Notes: generated by a model from the sequence alone, not told the origin. DNA of 10,945 nt from Candidatus Oleincola secundus (GCA_018400815.1 JAGYLS010000057.1:1-10945); one strand, 5' to 3'. Shown: positions 1-8,371, numbered from the stretch's first letter. Numbers and translations are program-made.

Positions 1-593
1 ACAAACTTTAAGGTTTTCGGTTCCAATAAATATTTTTTAAGTATCATAATTACAGGGATCAGGCTGTCAGCCCGATGAACAAGATATAGTCGTCCTCTCT
101 TTTTTAATAAATAACTACATATTGACACCATGGTTTCTAGAGTCATATTGATTTCGTGTCTTGCCAATAGCTGTTCATCTGTTGCACTAAGTTTCCCTTT
201 GCCCGCTGGTATATAAGGAGGATTAGTAGTAATCACATCAAAAGATTCATTGCGAAATTGATTCTTTAAATTTCTCATATCATCATGAATAACATATATT
301 TGATTTTCCAGATGGTTTAAAACTATATTTCTTTGCGCTATATCGGCCAAATTTTGTTGAATTTCCACTGCATAGATTTTATTATTTTTATTTGAGTTAT
401 AAATCATCAGTGGTATGATTCCAGATCCTGTCCCAAGATCTATTATTTTTTCTCTATTCTTAGTATTCACAAATTGTGCTAAAAGAATTGAATCCAACGA
501 AAAACGATAACTCTTCTTATCCTGAATTATTTTTAATTGATTTTCCCCCAGTGATTCGATTGTTTCCCCTGGCCGAAGATTTATTTTCTGCAT
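1..593 (-). CDS. tRNA1(Val) (adenine(37)-N6)-methyltransferase-like SAM-dependent methyltransferase (YabB/TrmN6/YfiC family), truncated by the left window edge
   Basis: Hand-translated from ATG at 593: MQKINLRPGETIESLGENQLKIIQDKKSYRFSLDSILLAQF...IIDLGTGSGIIPL...AVEIQ...FDVITTNPPY...LLARHE...RLYLVHR, open to the window edge. It has SAM motif I (DLGTGSG), the N6-adenine NPPY motif and the ARHE motif, and lies after holB-yaaT as yabB does in Bacillus. Not in the supplied ORF track. Confidence 0.9.
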   Translation of the reverse strand, partial: MQKINLRPGETIESLGENQLKIIQDKKSYRFSLDSILLAQFVNTKNREKIIDLGTGSGIIPLMIYNSNKNNKIYAVEIQQNLADIAQRNIVLNHLENQIYVIHDDMRNLKNQFRNESFDVITTNPPYIPAGKGKLSATDEQLLARHEINMTLETMVSICSYLLKKRGRLYLVHRADSLIPVIMILKKYLLEPKTLKF

Positions 594-1440
594 GGTTATT
601 ATTCCTATTTACCTCCCTGTTGTTATCCAGCCAATCTTCAATGGATACTTTGACTCTATTTCTGACATGTTCATTATCCTCTTTTTCTACAGTCTCTATC
701 ACAATATAACGACTTAGTATATTAACTTCAATAACCTTACCCTCTTTCCCATCCTTTGTTCTAATATACTTACCTAATTTAGGATATTTCTTTAACTCCT
801 CTTTATAAAACTGGGCTTCAAAATTTAGACAACATTTCAATCTACCACAAGCACCGGAAACTTTGGAAAGATTCAGGGCAACACTCTGCATTTTTGCAAC
901 ATTTATAGGAACTGGTTTAAACTCTGACATAAAAGTAGAACAACACAGTGGCCTACCACAAATTCCAAGCCCCCCTACCATTTTGGCTTTATCCCTGACA
1001 CCTACCTGCTTTAACTCAATTTTTGTTTTAAAATCATGAGCCAACTCTTTAACTAATTCACGAAAATCAACACGATTATCAGCACAAAAATAAAAAACTA
1101 ATCTACTTTTATCAAATAGGTATTTGCATCTGATTAAATGCATATCTAATTGATATTTTTTAATTTTTTCATGGCAAATATTAAATGCTTCGCGTTCATC
1201 TAACTGTATACTCTTCCACTTCTCAAAATCGTTCTGTGTTGCTTTTCGAATAATTTTCTTGAGAGGGGTCTCCAGTTCTTCGGATTTAATGTATTGTACA
1301 GGTATAACTACTTTTCCAATGTCTAATCCAAGTGAAGTTTTTACAACACACAAATCTCCTATTTCCAAAATATATTTTGAGTTTTTAAAATAATATACAA
1401 GGTCGGAACTACGAAACTGAATACCGACAATTTTTGGCAT
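517..1440 (-). CDS. yaaT: PSP1 domain protein / YaaT (RicT) family, Fe-S-binding
   Basis: Motifs FYFCADNRVDFRELVKELA, IELKQVGVRD, GGLGICGRPLCCSTF and SGACGRLKCCLNFE; starts 2 bp after the holB stop. Confidence 0.92.
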   Translation of the reverse strand: MPKIVGIQFRSSDLVYYFKNSKYILEIGDLCVVKTSLGLDIGKVVIPVQYIKSEELETPLKKIIRKATQNDFEKWKSIQLDEREAFNICHEKIKKYQLDMHLIRCKYLFDKSRLVFYFCADNRVDFRELVKELAHDFKTKIELKQVGVRDKAKMVGGLGICGRPLCCSTFMSEFKPVPINVAKMQSVALNLSKVSGACGRLKCCLNFEAQFYKEELKKYPKLGKYIRTKDGKEGKVIEVNILSRYIVIETVEKEDNEHVRNRVKVSIEDWLDNNREVNRNNNHAENKSSARGNNRITGGKSIKNNSG

Positions 1441-1442
1441 AA

Positions 1443-2432
1443 TTAATCACCTAACCGGATAAAAAGATTTTCCAAAAGAGTGTTCTGGTTAATATGTCTT
1501 TCCAGTTCTTCAGGAATGTTTGCTAAATATTCTAAAATTGTTATTAGCTTATTTTCAGTATAATATTGTGCATATTTCTGAGCTGCACTAATTTGGTCCT
1601 GAAAAATTAATTGATTTTCATTCATGTTTATTTTTAGAAAAAGGATATCTCTAAACCACAATATCATCATTTCTACAAAGACCTGAAAATTATTAGCAAT
1701 ATCGGGAAACACCTTCTCAGGATTAAAGATACAATCAACCAATTCCTCAGGCTTTATTCTAGCCATTGCAGCAATATATTGGCTTTTTAAGGTCATCTTT
1801 TGTTGATTACCCGCCAAATCTAAAGCTTTCCCGGGACTCCCGTAGGATAATTTAAGGATATTTTCCAGCTGACTTTTCCCTAATGATATATTCCGTAGTA
1901 AAATTTCTCGTTGATGTTCAACTGATAATGGCTTAAATGACAACCTGCAGCAACGGGAAAGAATAGTGGGCAAAATGGCATCAGGAAAAGCAGTAATTAA
2001 TATCAATACAGCAAATTCAGGTGGTTCTTCCAGTATTTTTAACAATGAGTTTGAGGCCTGGGTAGTCATCCTGTCAACATCATTAATAATATATACTTTC
2101 TTTTTGTTTTCTAATGGTTGAAAGTAAATATCATTTTTTAATTTTCTGATTTTGTCTATCTTTATGACTGAATCAACAGGAGATATAATATCAAAATCAG
2201 CACTGGTACCCTTTTCAATTTTCAGACACGCTGAACATTGATTACAGGGATCTTGTTCTTTTGATAAATTAGTGCAATTAATTGCCTTGCTAAATGCAAT
2301 AGCAGCTAATTTTTTACCAATTCCTTCTTGGCCGGTAAAAAGATAGGAATGACCAATCTTCTCAAATTTTACTCTGCTTTTTAGTATTTTTATGGGTTTT
2401 TCATGCCCAATTATTTCTTTAAAATCAATCAT
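1443..2432 (-). CDS. holB: DNA polymerase III subunit delta'
   Basis: HSYLFTGQEGIGK (degenerate P-loop), Zn cluster C...PCNQCSAC, ASNSLLKILEEPP and the LPTILSRC motif; tmk-holB synteny. Confidence 0.95.
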   Translation of the reverse strand: MIDFKEIIGHEKPIKILKSRVKFEKIGHSYLFTGQEGIGKKLAAIAFSKAINCTNLSKEQDPCNQCSACLKIEKGTSADFDIISPVDSVIKIDKIRKLKNDIYFQPLENKKKVYIINDVDRMTTQASNSLLKILEEPPEFAVLILITAFPDAILPTILSRCCRLSFKPLSVEHQREILLRNISLGKSQLENILKLSYGSPGKALDLAGNQQKMTLKSQYIAAMARIKPEELVDCIFNPEKVFPDIANNFQVFVEMMILWFRDILFLKINMNENQLIFQDQISAAQKYAQYYTENKLITILEYLANIPEELERHINQNTLLENLFIRLGD

Positions 2433-2472
2433 ATTTAAAATAAATATCTCTTACTGCTTTCCGAAATGCAGT

Positions 2473-3180
2473 TTAACTCTCTAAAAATATCTCTTTACAA
2501 TATTTCCGGGATAGTCTCTGATTTAATATTTTGATAATATCATTCAACACCAAATCAATATCACGGTTGCTATCTATTACTTGAATTCTATCAGGATTTT
2601 GACTGGCAATCTGGTGATAAGCCTCTCTTACCCTGTCTAAAAATAATTTACCATTTATTTGTTTTTGTTGAATAAACTCATCCTCAAATCGCATTTCTTT
2701 TCCCTTACTATAGACAGTTGAGCGATATAAGCCAATTTCAGTATCTACATCTAAAAAAAAGGTAATATCAGGTATAATATTCCCCACGGCAAAATAATTC
2801 AGATATTCAATTATTTCCATATCAATTCCACGACCATAGCCCTGATAGGCAGTAGTTGAATCGAGATAACGGTCACTTATAACAATCGAGCCACACTCCA
2901 AAGCTGGTTGAATATTAACTCTTACATTCTCAGACCTGGAAGCAGCAAATAATAATAATTCAGCCTTATACCCTAATCCTTCACTTTCCCTTTCCAATAA
3001 TATTTCCCGTATCTTATCAGCAGCCAAGGTACCTCCCGGTTCCTTGGTAAGTACAGAATTAAAACCATTTCGCAGCATGATATGATATAGTTTTTTAGAA
3101 AGAGTGGTTTTCCCGGAACCTTCGAATCCTTCTAATGAAATAAAAAATCCTTGTTTATTGTGTCTCTTCTTGTTTATCAT
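2473..3180 (-). CDS. tmk: Thymidylate (dTMP) kinase
   Basis: FISLEGFEGSGKTT P-loop, TKEPGG, ELLLFAASR, ISDRYLDSTTAYQGYGRG and PDITFFLD. The ATG at 3180, preceded by purine-rich GAAGAAGAGA, is preferred over the track's TTG at 3195. Confidence 0.95.
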   Translation of the reverse strand: MINKKRHNKQGFFISLEGFEGSGKTTLSKKLYHIMLRNGFNSVLTKEPGGTLAADKIREILLERESEGLGYKAELLLFAASRSENVRVNIQPALECGSIVISDRYLDSTTAYQGYGRGIDMEIIEYLNYFAVGNIIPDITFFLDVDTEIGLYRSTVYSKGKEMRFEDEFIQQKQINGKLFLDRVREAYHQIASQNPDRIQVIDSNRDIDLVLNDIIKILNQRLSRKYCKEIFLES

Positions 3181-3622
3181 TCTCTTCTTCTTCAATCATC
3201 GCTTTTAATAAATCTCTCATGGTAACGATTCCCACCAGGTAACCGTTACGAACTACTGGCAAATGGTGTATTTTATTACGAATTAATAAATCTGCTGCCA
3301 TTACTTCATTATCATCTTCATTAATTGTAATAATATTTTTTTTCATAAATCCTTCTACTTTATAGTCAGCATATTCCTTCATTTTTTTAGAAAGTTGTAT
3401 AAACTCAGTTATAAATGAATTACTATTAATTATACCCAAATAATTTGGTAACAACTCTTTAATAATATCATGCTGTGAAATAAAACCAATTACTTTTTGT
3501 TCCTCATCTACTATAGGTATTCCGTTGATGCGTTGTATAGCCATAATATCTATTACTTCTCCTAAATGACAATCCGGTAATACACTTGTTGTATTCTTTA
3601 ACATAATATCCTTAATTTTCAC
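3155..3622 (-). CDS. Stand-alone CBS-pair (Bateman domain) protein
   Basis: KIKDIM, GIPIVDEEQKVIGFISQHDI, VEGFM and HHLPVVRNGYLVGIVTMRDLL give two CBS repeats. GTG start with GGTAGGT upstream; the 3' end overlaps the tmk start. Confidence 0.9.
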   Translation of the reverse strand: MKIKDIMLKNTTSVLPDCHLGEVIDIMAIQRINGIPIVDEEQKVIGFISQHDIIKELLPNYLGIINSNSFITEFIQLSKKMKEYADYKVEGFMKKNIITINEDDNEVMAADLLIRNKIHHLPVVRNGYLVGIVTMRDLLKAMIEEEENDKQEETQ

Positions 3623-3640
3623 TTAATTTACCTACCAATT

Positions 3641-4582
3641 TTAATTTAATTTAGTCACCTTAATATAGGGGAGACATCTAATAACATCATCTTTGGTATG
3701 AAATTCTTCCTCGTCAGTTGAAGCACTGGCTAATCCGCAAGCCATAGCAAATTTAATTATATCTGACATATCTTCCTTTTTCTCTTCCATAAGTTTAATG
3801 GCAAATCCGGCAATAATAGCCTCAGCTGTTCCGATAATATTGACTACCTGTTGATTAATAGTTTCTGCTAACCATATCTCATCTGAAGTAGCTATAATAT
3901 CCTTCGTATCCTGGTAAGATATTATGGCAATCTGGATTCCACGATTTACAATTTCATGGGCAATCTTTATTGCTGTTTCTTGACTATCTACCGGCTTGTT
4001 AAAAACGCGATTACCTGAAGCCCTTAAATCTGGTTTTGCCAACAATGGCTTTGCCTCTAAAGCTTTTTCAAAATGGATACCGGAGGCATCTAATATAGTT
4101 TGGACATTTTTTTGATGTGCTAATCCAATTAACTGATAGTAAATATCATCTGGAACATCTTTAGGAACACTACCTGATAATGCTACAATTCTACTTTGAG
4201 CCATAACCCGGGAAAATATTGACATAAACCTATCAAGATCCCGTTTAGATATCCTGGGACCGGGATCGCTTAATAGGGTATGTTTTTTTTTCTGCTGTTC
4301 AATAATTACCACATTTGTTCTAGTTTCTTCCTCTATATGCCAAAAATTAGTGGTAATTCCAACCTCTCTTAGTTGTTCAGCAATAAAATGACCGGCATGG
4401 CCACCTAAAAACCCCAACGACATGGTATCAAGACCAAAAGCAGTTATTGCTTTTGATATATTAATCCCCTTCCCCCCGGGAATTCGAGATACTTTTTTAA
4501 CTGAATTATATTGATTCGATATCAGTTGATTTAATTCCATTGTAATATCAAGTGCGGGATTAAGAGTTACTGTTGTTATCAT
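3641..4582 (-). CDS. 1-phosphofructokinase-family (PfkB/ribokinase fold) protein with non-canonical catalytic motifs
   Basis: N-terminal ITTVTLNPALD, PGGKGINIS, GFLGG, ETRTN and LSGSVP are typical of FruK/LacC/PfkB. GAGD is replaced by GTAE and KPNxxE by KPDLRA. SD-like AGAGGGA upstream. Confidence 0.88.
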   Translation of the reverse strand: MITTVTLNPALDITMELNQLISNQYNSVKKVSRIPGGKGINISKAITAFGLDTMSLGFLGGHAGHFIAEQLREVGITTNFWHIEEETRTNVVIIEQQKKKHTLLSDPGPRISKRDLDRFMSIFSRVMAQSRIVALSGSVPKDVPDDIYYQLIGLAHQKNVQTILDASGIHFEKALEAKPLLAKPDLRASGNRVFNKPVDSQETAIKIAHEIVNRGIQIAIISYQDTKDIIATSDEIWLAETINQQVVNIIGTAEAIIAGFAIKLMEEKKEDMSDIIKFAMACGLASASTDEEEFHTKDDVIRCLPYIKVTKLN

Positions 4583-4691
4583 TAATTTTATTCCCTCTTA
4601 AAATGATTTAATTTTCTACTAGCTAGATTCTTTCTATTAAAACATTATTTTAAAAAATCTTCCTAAATTATAGCTTAATTAGAAAAAATTA

Positions 4692-5375
4692 TCAAAAATG
4701 ATACTTTTTTATCGGTTTAAATAACCTAATTAAAATAATTCCCCCCACAAATCCGCCAATATGCGCAAACCAGGCAACTCCAGCATTAGCCCCTTGTAAA
4801 GATAAGTTTGATAATCCATAAAATAACTGAAAAATAATCCAGAGACCTAATACAAACAAAGCCGGCATTTTAATTAACCTGATAAAAAAACCAAAGAAAA
4901 TAAGAGTGGTAATCCTTGACTTCGGAAAAAGAATAAAATAAGCACCCAAAACTCCTGCTACTGCCCCGCTTGCTCCAATCATAGGTACTTTTGAGTAAGG
5001 GCTGATTAAGATTTGTGTTAAAGCAGCAAAAATACCTGAAAGTAAATAAAAGGCAATGAAACCGAAGTTTCCCAGATAATCTTCAATATTGTTGCCAAAG
5101 ATCCACAGGTATAGCATATTTCCAAAAAGATGGACAAAACTACCATGCATAAACATAGATGTTCCAACAGTCAAATGAATCGGAGAAGGACCATATGGAA
5201 CAACATCTATACTTTGACTTACTTCATAAGGAATAAGACCAAAGGAATAGATAAATTGCATACTATCTGCCACTAAAAATATCTGGTAATAATATACAAG
5301 ACAATTGATTATAATGAGGCTAATAGTAATAATCGGTATTTTTCTGGTTGGCATTTCATCCCAAAGTGGAAACAT
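4692..5375 (-). CDS. Rhomboid family intramembrane serine protease
   Basis: SMFMHGSFVHLFGNMLYLWIFGNNIED, the catalytic GASG, AWFAHIGGF (catalytic His) and multiple hydrophobic segments. Confidence 0.95.
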   Translation of the reverse strand: MFPLWDEMPTRKIPIITISLIIINCLVYYYQIFLVADSMQFIYSFGLIPYEVSQSIDVVPYGPSPIHLTVGTSMFMHGSFVHLFGNMLYLWIFGNNIEDYLGNFGFIAFYLLSGIFAALTQILISPYSKVPMIGASGAVAGVLGAYFILFPKSRITTLIFFGFFIRLIKMPALFVLGLWIIFQLFYGLSNLSLQGANAGVAWFAHIGGFVGGIILIRLFKPIKKYHF

Positions 5376-5479
5376 TTATTATCTGCAATCAGGAATTATT
5401 TCCCTGAAACTCCTCTTTTTTTTAAAATCACTTTTTTATAGACCTCTTTAAGAATACTAAAAAAAGTAATCAGCTTTTC

Positions 5480-5488
5480 ATTATATCA
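5480..5488 (-). promoter_or_regulatory. Candidate extended -10 promoter element for the rhomboid-to-methyltransferase gene run
   Basis: The minus strand reads TGATATAAT (TGn-TATAAT) about 105 bp upstream of the rhomboid ATG. No good -35 at 17-bp spacing, and the region is AT-rich, so a chance match is possible. Confidence 0.35.
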
Positions 5489-5597
5489 TAATCATAGACA
5501 ATGCCCATAGGTGTAAAGCAATTATATAAATATTTTATAATGAAAAAGTTATAGAAAAAATCGATAATCTATATTTTTGACTAAAATACTCCAAACA

Positions 5598-6776
5598 TCA
5601 GTCTGGATCAAATATATATTCAGAAGGAGGATGTTCCAGGTAATGATATTGAAAAAGGATATATTCTATTATTCTTTTTGCAGCCTGACCGTCACCATAA
5701 GGGGATTTATTTATCACCATCTTTTGGTATTCAGCGGGGTTAAATAGTAATTTCTCAACCTCATTGCTAATTTTTTTTGCTTCAGTTCCTACAAGTTTTG
5801 CTGCTCCTATTTTTACCACCTCCGGTCTTTCGGTTTCTGACCTTAATATCAACACTGGCTTACCTAATGCCGGTGCTTCTTCCTGAATTCCACCTGAATC
5901 AGATAAAATCAAGGTAGAGAGTGAAATCATATTGGCCATTTGCTGATAATCCAAAGGTTCTGATAGAATAATATTCTTTTTCTCTTGCAAATGATTAAAA
6001 ACCACCTTTCTTATTAATGGATTTTTATGTACCGGAAATACTATTACCAGGTTTTTTTGTTTCTGATTTAAATTTAATAATACCTTGCAAAGGTCTTCAA
6101 GCGGTTTTCCCCAATTTTCACGTCGGTGCATTGTCACCAGTAATACCTGTTTCCCCTTATCAAGGAGCTTGTTGATTCTCTCATCAGAAAATCTAAATTG
6201 ATTATTTTGCATCAACAACAATGAATCAATAACCGTATTGCCGGATGTGAAAATATTTTTTTTTGCAATTCCTTCTTTGTATAAGGCATGAGTAGCGGTT
6301 GTTGTGGGAGTAAAATGATAATCAGCTAACACTGTTGTTAATCTTCTGTTCATCTCCTCAGGATAAGGATAATATTTTTTTGATGTTCTCAATCCCGCTT
6401 CAATATGCCCGACCTTTATCTTTTGATAAAAAGCTGCCAGGGCACCTGAAAAAGTTGTAGTAGTATCACCCTGTACCAAAGCTAAATCGGGCTTAATTTT
6501 TTTGAGGACCTCTTCTAATTTTAGAAGTGATTGAGAATTGATTTGAGACAATGACTGTCCGTGTTTCATAAGATCCAAGTCAAAATCGGGATAAATTTTA
6601 AAAAGGTTAGTCATTTGATCCATCATCTCTCTATGCTGTGCAGTCAAAATGACTATTGGTTCAATCCATTGAGAATATTTTTTTGACTCTCTTATTACGG
6701 GATACATCTTGATGGTTTCCGGTCTTGTTCCAAAAATAAAGGCTATTTTTATTTTTTTATTGCTACTTATATTCAT
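5598..6776 (-). CDS. wecB: UDP-N-acetylglucosamine 2-epimerase (non-hydrolysing)
   Basis: [70 protein letters not shown] and SPYGDG. The ATG at 6776, preceded by GAAGAGA and overlapping the upstream gene end, is preferred to the track start at 6791. Confidence 0.96.
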   Translation of the reverse strand: MNISSNKKIKIAFIFGTRPETIKMYPVIRESKKYSQWIEPIVILTAQHREMMDQMTNLFKIYPDFDLDLMKHGQSLSQINSQSLLKLEEVLKKIKPDLALVQGDTTTTFSGALAAFYQKIKVGHIEAGLRTSKKYYPYPEEMNRRLTTVLADYHFTPTTTATHALYKEGIAKKNIFTSGNTVIDSLLLMQNNQFRFSDERINKLLDKGKQVLLVTMHRRENWGKPLEDLCKVLLNLNQKQKNLVIVFPVHKNPLIRKVVFNHLQEKKNIILSEPLDYQQMANMISLSTLILSDSGGIQEEAPALGKPVLILRSETERPEVVKIGAAKLVGTEAKKISNEVEKLLFNPAEYQKMVINKSPYGDGQAAKRIIEYILFQYHYLEHPPSEYIFDPD

Positions 6777-7212
6777 AGTGAATCTCTTCAATTTTTGCTT
6801 CCTGCAATAGCTTCCTGGCTAATTCATCAGGGTAGCTTTTTTGATAATATATCTTTATAATTCCGGCATTAATTATCATTTTAACACAAGTTATACAAGG
6901 CTGGTCTGTGCAGTAAATGTTACTGTTTTGAATACTAATACCATACATTGCGGCTTGAATGATGGCATTTTGCTCAGCATGCAACCCTCTGCATAACTCT
7001 TGATGTGTCCCGGATGGAAGTTGCAATTTTTCACGCAAACAACCAACTGCCTCACAATGAACTAACCCTCGAGGTGCACCGTTGTATCCGGTAGTTAAAA
7101 TTCTTCTGTCTTTAACGATAACTGCTCCGACTTTTCTTCTTAAACAAGTTGACCTGCTTGCCACCAATTTGGCAATTTCCATAAAATATTTGTCCCAGGA
7201 AGGTCTGGACAT
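6763..7212 (-). CDS. Cytidine/deoxycytidylate (dCMP) deaminase family protein (ComEB-like)
   Basis: [31 protein letters not shown] and Zn-binding HAEQNA...PCITC. SD-like AGGGGG 6 nt upstream of the ATG. Confidence 0.94.
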   Translation of the reverse strand: MSRPSWDKYFMEIAKLVASRSTCLRRKVGAVIVKDRRILTTGYNGAPRGLVHCEAVGCLREKLQLPSGTHQELCRGLHAEQNAIIQAAMYGISIQNSNIYCTDQPCITCVKMIINAGIIKIYYQKSYPDELARKLLQEAKIEEIHYEYK

Positions 7213-7228
7213 TGTTAACCCCCTAATC

Positions 7229-7266
7229 AGTATTCAGTATCGAGTATGTAGTATCGAGTATCGAGT
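7229..7266 (+). repeat. Heptamer array, family A (AGTATCG/AGTATGT), 5 units, directly upstream of the deaminase SD
   Basis: AGTATTC AGTATCG AGTATGT AGTATCG AGTATCG AGT. Further family-A arrays or single units start at 7341, 7454, 7663, 7791, 7956, 10203, 10450 and 10536. Confidence 0.95.
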
Positions 7267-7322
7267 TTAAATAAATACAGTTTTTAATTCTTCGTTTTCA
7301 GTTTACAGTCAATAATTAAAAT

Positions 7323-7452
7323 CGTATTGCGTACAAAAACAGTATCGAGTATGTAGTATCGAGTATCGAGTTCAATACAAAACTACAATACAAAATATAA
7401 ATACAATAAATCAATATAGTATGAGAATAAAGTATATAATATAATGCCTAAA
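7323..7452 (+). repeat. Copy 1 of a ~130-bp imperfect direct repeat (copy 2 at 7645-7774)
   Basis: Both start CGTATTGCGTACAAAAACAGTATCGAGTATGTAGTATCG and share ACAATACAAAATATAAA and TCAATATAGTATGAGAATAAA; offset 322 bp. Confidence 0.92.
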
Positions 7453-7472
7453 CAGTATCGAGTTCTAAATAC

Positions 7473-7500
7473 AGTAATAAGTAACAAGTAATGAGTAATC
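7473..7500 (+). repeat. Heptamer array, family C (AGTAAYN), 4 units
   Basis: AGTAATA AGTAACA AGTAATG AGTAATC. An identical array is at 7820-7847, a 5-unit variant at 8037-8071 and a 2-unit version at 10483-10496; each is preceded by TAAATAC. Confidence 0.93.
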
Positions 7501-7630
7501 AGCAAGAAAATAATATCCAAGCTCCCAGTTAAAACAGCATAACACTAAAAACAAAGAATGTGAAATCTTATCTGGATATAAAACCTAAGAACCATAAATA
7601 AAAAATGGTTTTCCAATTGACTAAATAATT

Positions 7631-7654
7631 CGTATTGCGTCGTGCGTATTGCGT
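7631..7654 (+). repeat. Heptamer array, family D (CGTATTG)
   Basis: CGTATTG CGTCGTG CGTATTG CGT; a single unit is at 7323. Confidence 0.8.
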
Positions 7655-7774
7655 ACAAAAACAGTATCGAGTATGTAGTATCGGGTATCGAGTCAAATAC
7701 AAGAATGACAATACAAAATATAAACACAATAATTCAATATAGTATGAGAATAAAATATATCGTATAATCCTAAA
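7645..7774 (+). repeat. Copy 2 of the ~130-bp imperfect direct repeat
   Basis: Aligns with 7323-7452 with scattered substitutions and two 1-nt indels. Confidence 0.92.
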
Positions 7775-7858
7775 TTATTATCTAATATATAGTATCGGGT
7801 ATCGAGTTTAAATAAATACAGTAATAAGTAACAAGTAATGAGTAATCAATATAAAACC

Positions 7859-7889
7859 AGTTTTCAGTTCTTAGTTTTCAGTTTACAGT
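7859..7889 (+). repeat. Heptamer array, family B (AGTTTTC), 4 units
   Basis: AGTTTTC AGTTCTT AGTTTTC AGTTTAC AGT; related arrays at 7279-7309, 8111-8127 and 10622-10659. Confidence 0.9.
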
Positions 7890-8109
7890 TAATACAAAAT
7901 ATAATAAAAATCAATAGTAAATTAAAATGCAAGAATTCAGTCGGCCGGTCAAAGCAGTATCGAGAATAAAGACAAACCCCAATCACTAATCTTCAGTCAC
8001 CAATCAAAACAGGTGCAATTATCGAGCATTAAATACAGTAATGAGTAATTAGTGACAAGTAATAAGTAATCAGCAATATAAATCAATTTTCCAATTGACT
8101 CATTAAAAC

Positions 8110-8234
8110 CAGTTGTCAGTTTTTAGTCAAATGTAATCGAAAATCTTTAGGGAATTATCTTCTCCTCTTACTTCCCTCTGCCTCGGTGGATTTCTAATAT
8201 TTTCCCTCTCCCCTCGGAGGGAGAAATAAAAGAA
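8110..8234 (+). repeat. Direct-repeat module (second copy at 10642-10756) ending in a REP-like hairpin
   Basis: 8110-8178 matches 10642-10710 at 65/69. Both continue into a C-rich/G-rich hairpin (TCTCCC-CTCGGA-GGGAGA at 8207-8224) followed by AAATAAAAGAA. Confidence 0.92.
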
Positions 8235-8312
8235 GCTGGTATTTTTTGAATTATCCATTATTGCAATATTGCCTTATTCCATCCTTGCAAAAATATAAGC
8301 ATGGAATTACTT

Positions 8313-8345
8313 TTAACTGAAAACTGATAACAGAAATCTGAAAAC
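8313..8345 (-). repeat. Inverted copy of heptamer family B
   Basis: The reverse complement GTTTTCAGATTTCTGTTATCAGTTTTCAGTTAA matches 7860-7892 at 27/33. Confidence 0.8.
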
Positions 8346-8371
8346 CTTCTTTCACTTATTCCATGGTATTT

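Noticed and set aside
476..709. 77-aa plus-strand ORF
   Set aside because: Antisense shadow of yaaT and the methyltransferase gene, with no recognisable motif.
5521..5541. Near-palindrome ATTATATAAATATTTTATAAT as an operator
   Set aside because: Entirely A/T in an AT-rich intergenic region, so likely by chance; no regulator nearby.
7082..7270. 62-aa plus-strand ORF
   Set aside because: Antisense to the deaminase; its tail (QYRVCSIEYRV) is just the translated heptamer array.
7545..7727. 60-aa minus-strand ORF in the spacer
   Set aside because: Made of repeat modules (IPDTTYSIL, AIRTTQYE); hydrophobicity reflects the T-rich strand; no clear SD or family resemblance.
7229..8127. Possible CRISPR array or plasmid iteron region
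   Set aside because: Repeats are irregularly spaced, internally 7-periodic and have duplicated linkers; the context is chromosomal housekeeping genes with no rep or cas gene.
8276..8307. Hairpin ATTCCAT...ATGGAAT downstream of aspS as an intrinsic terminator
   Set aside because: AT-rich interrupted stem with no U-tract after it on the minus strand; not supportable as a terminator.
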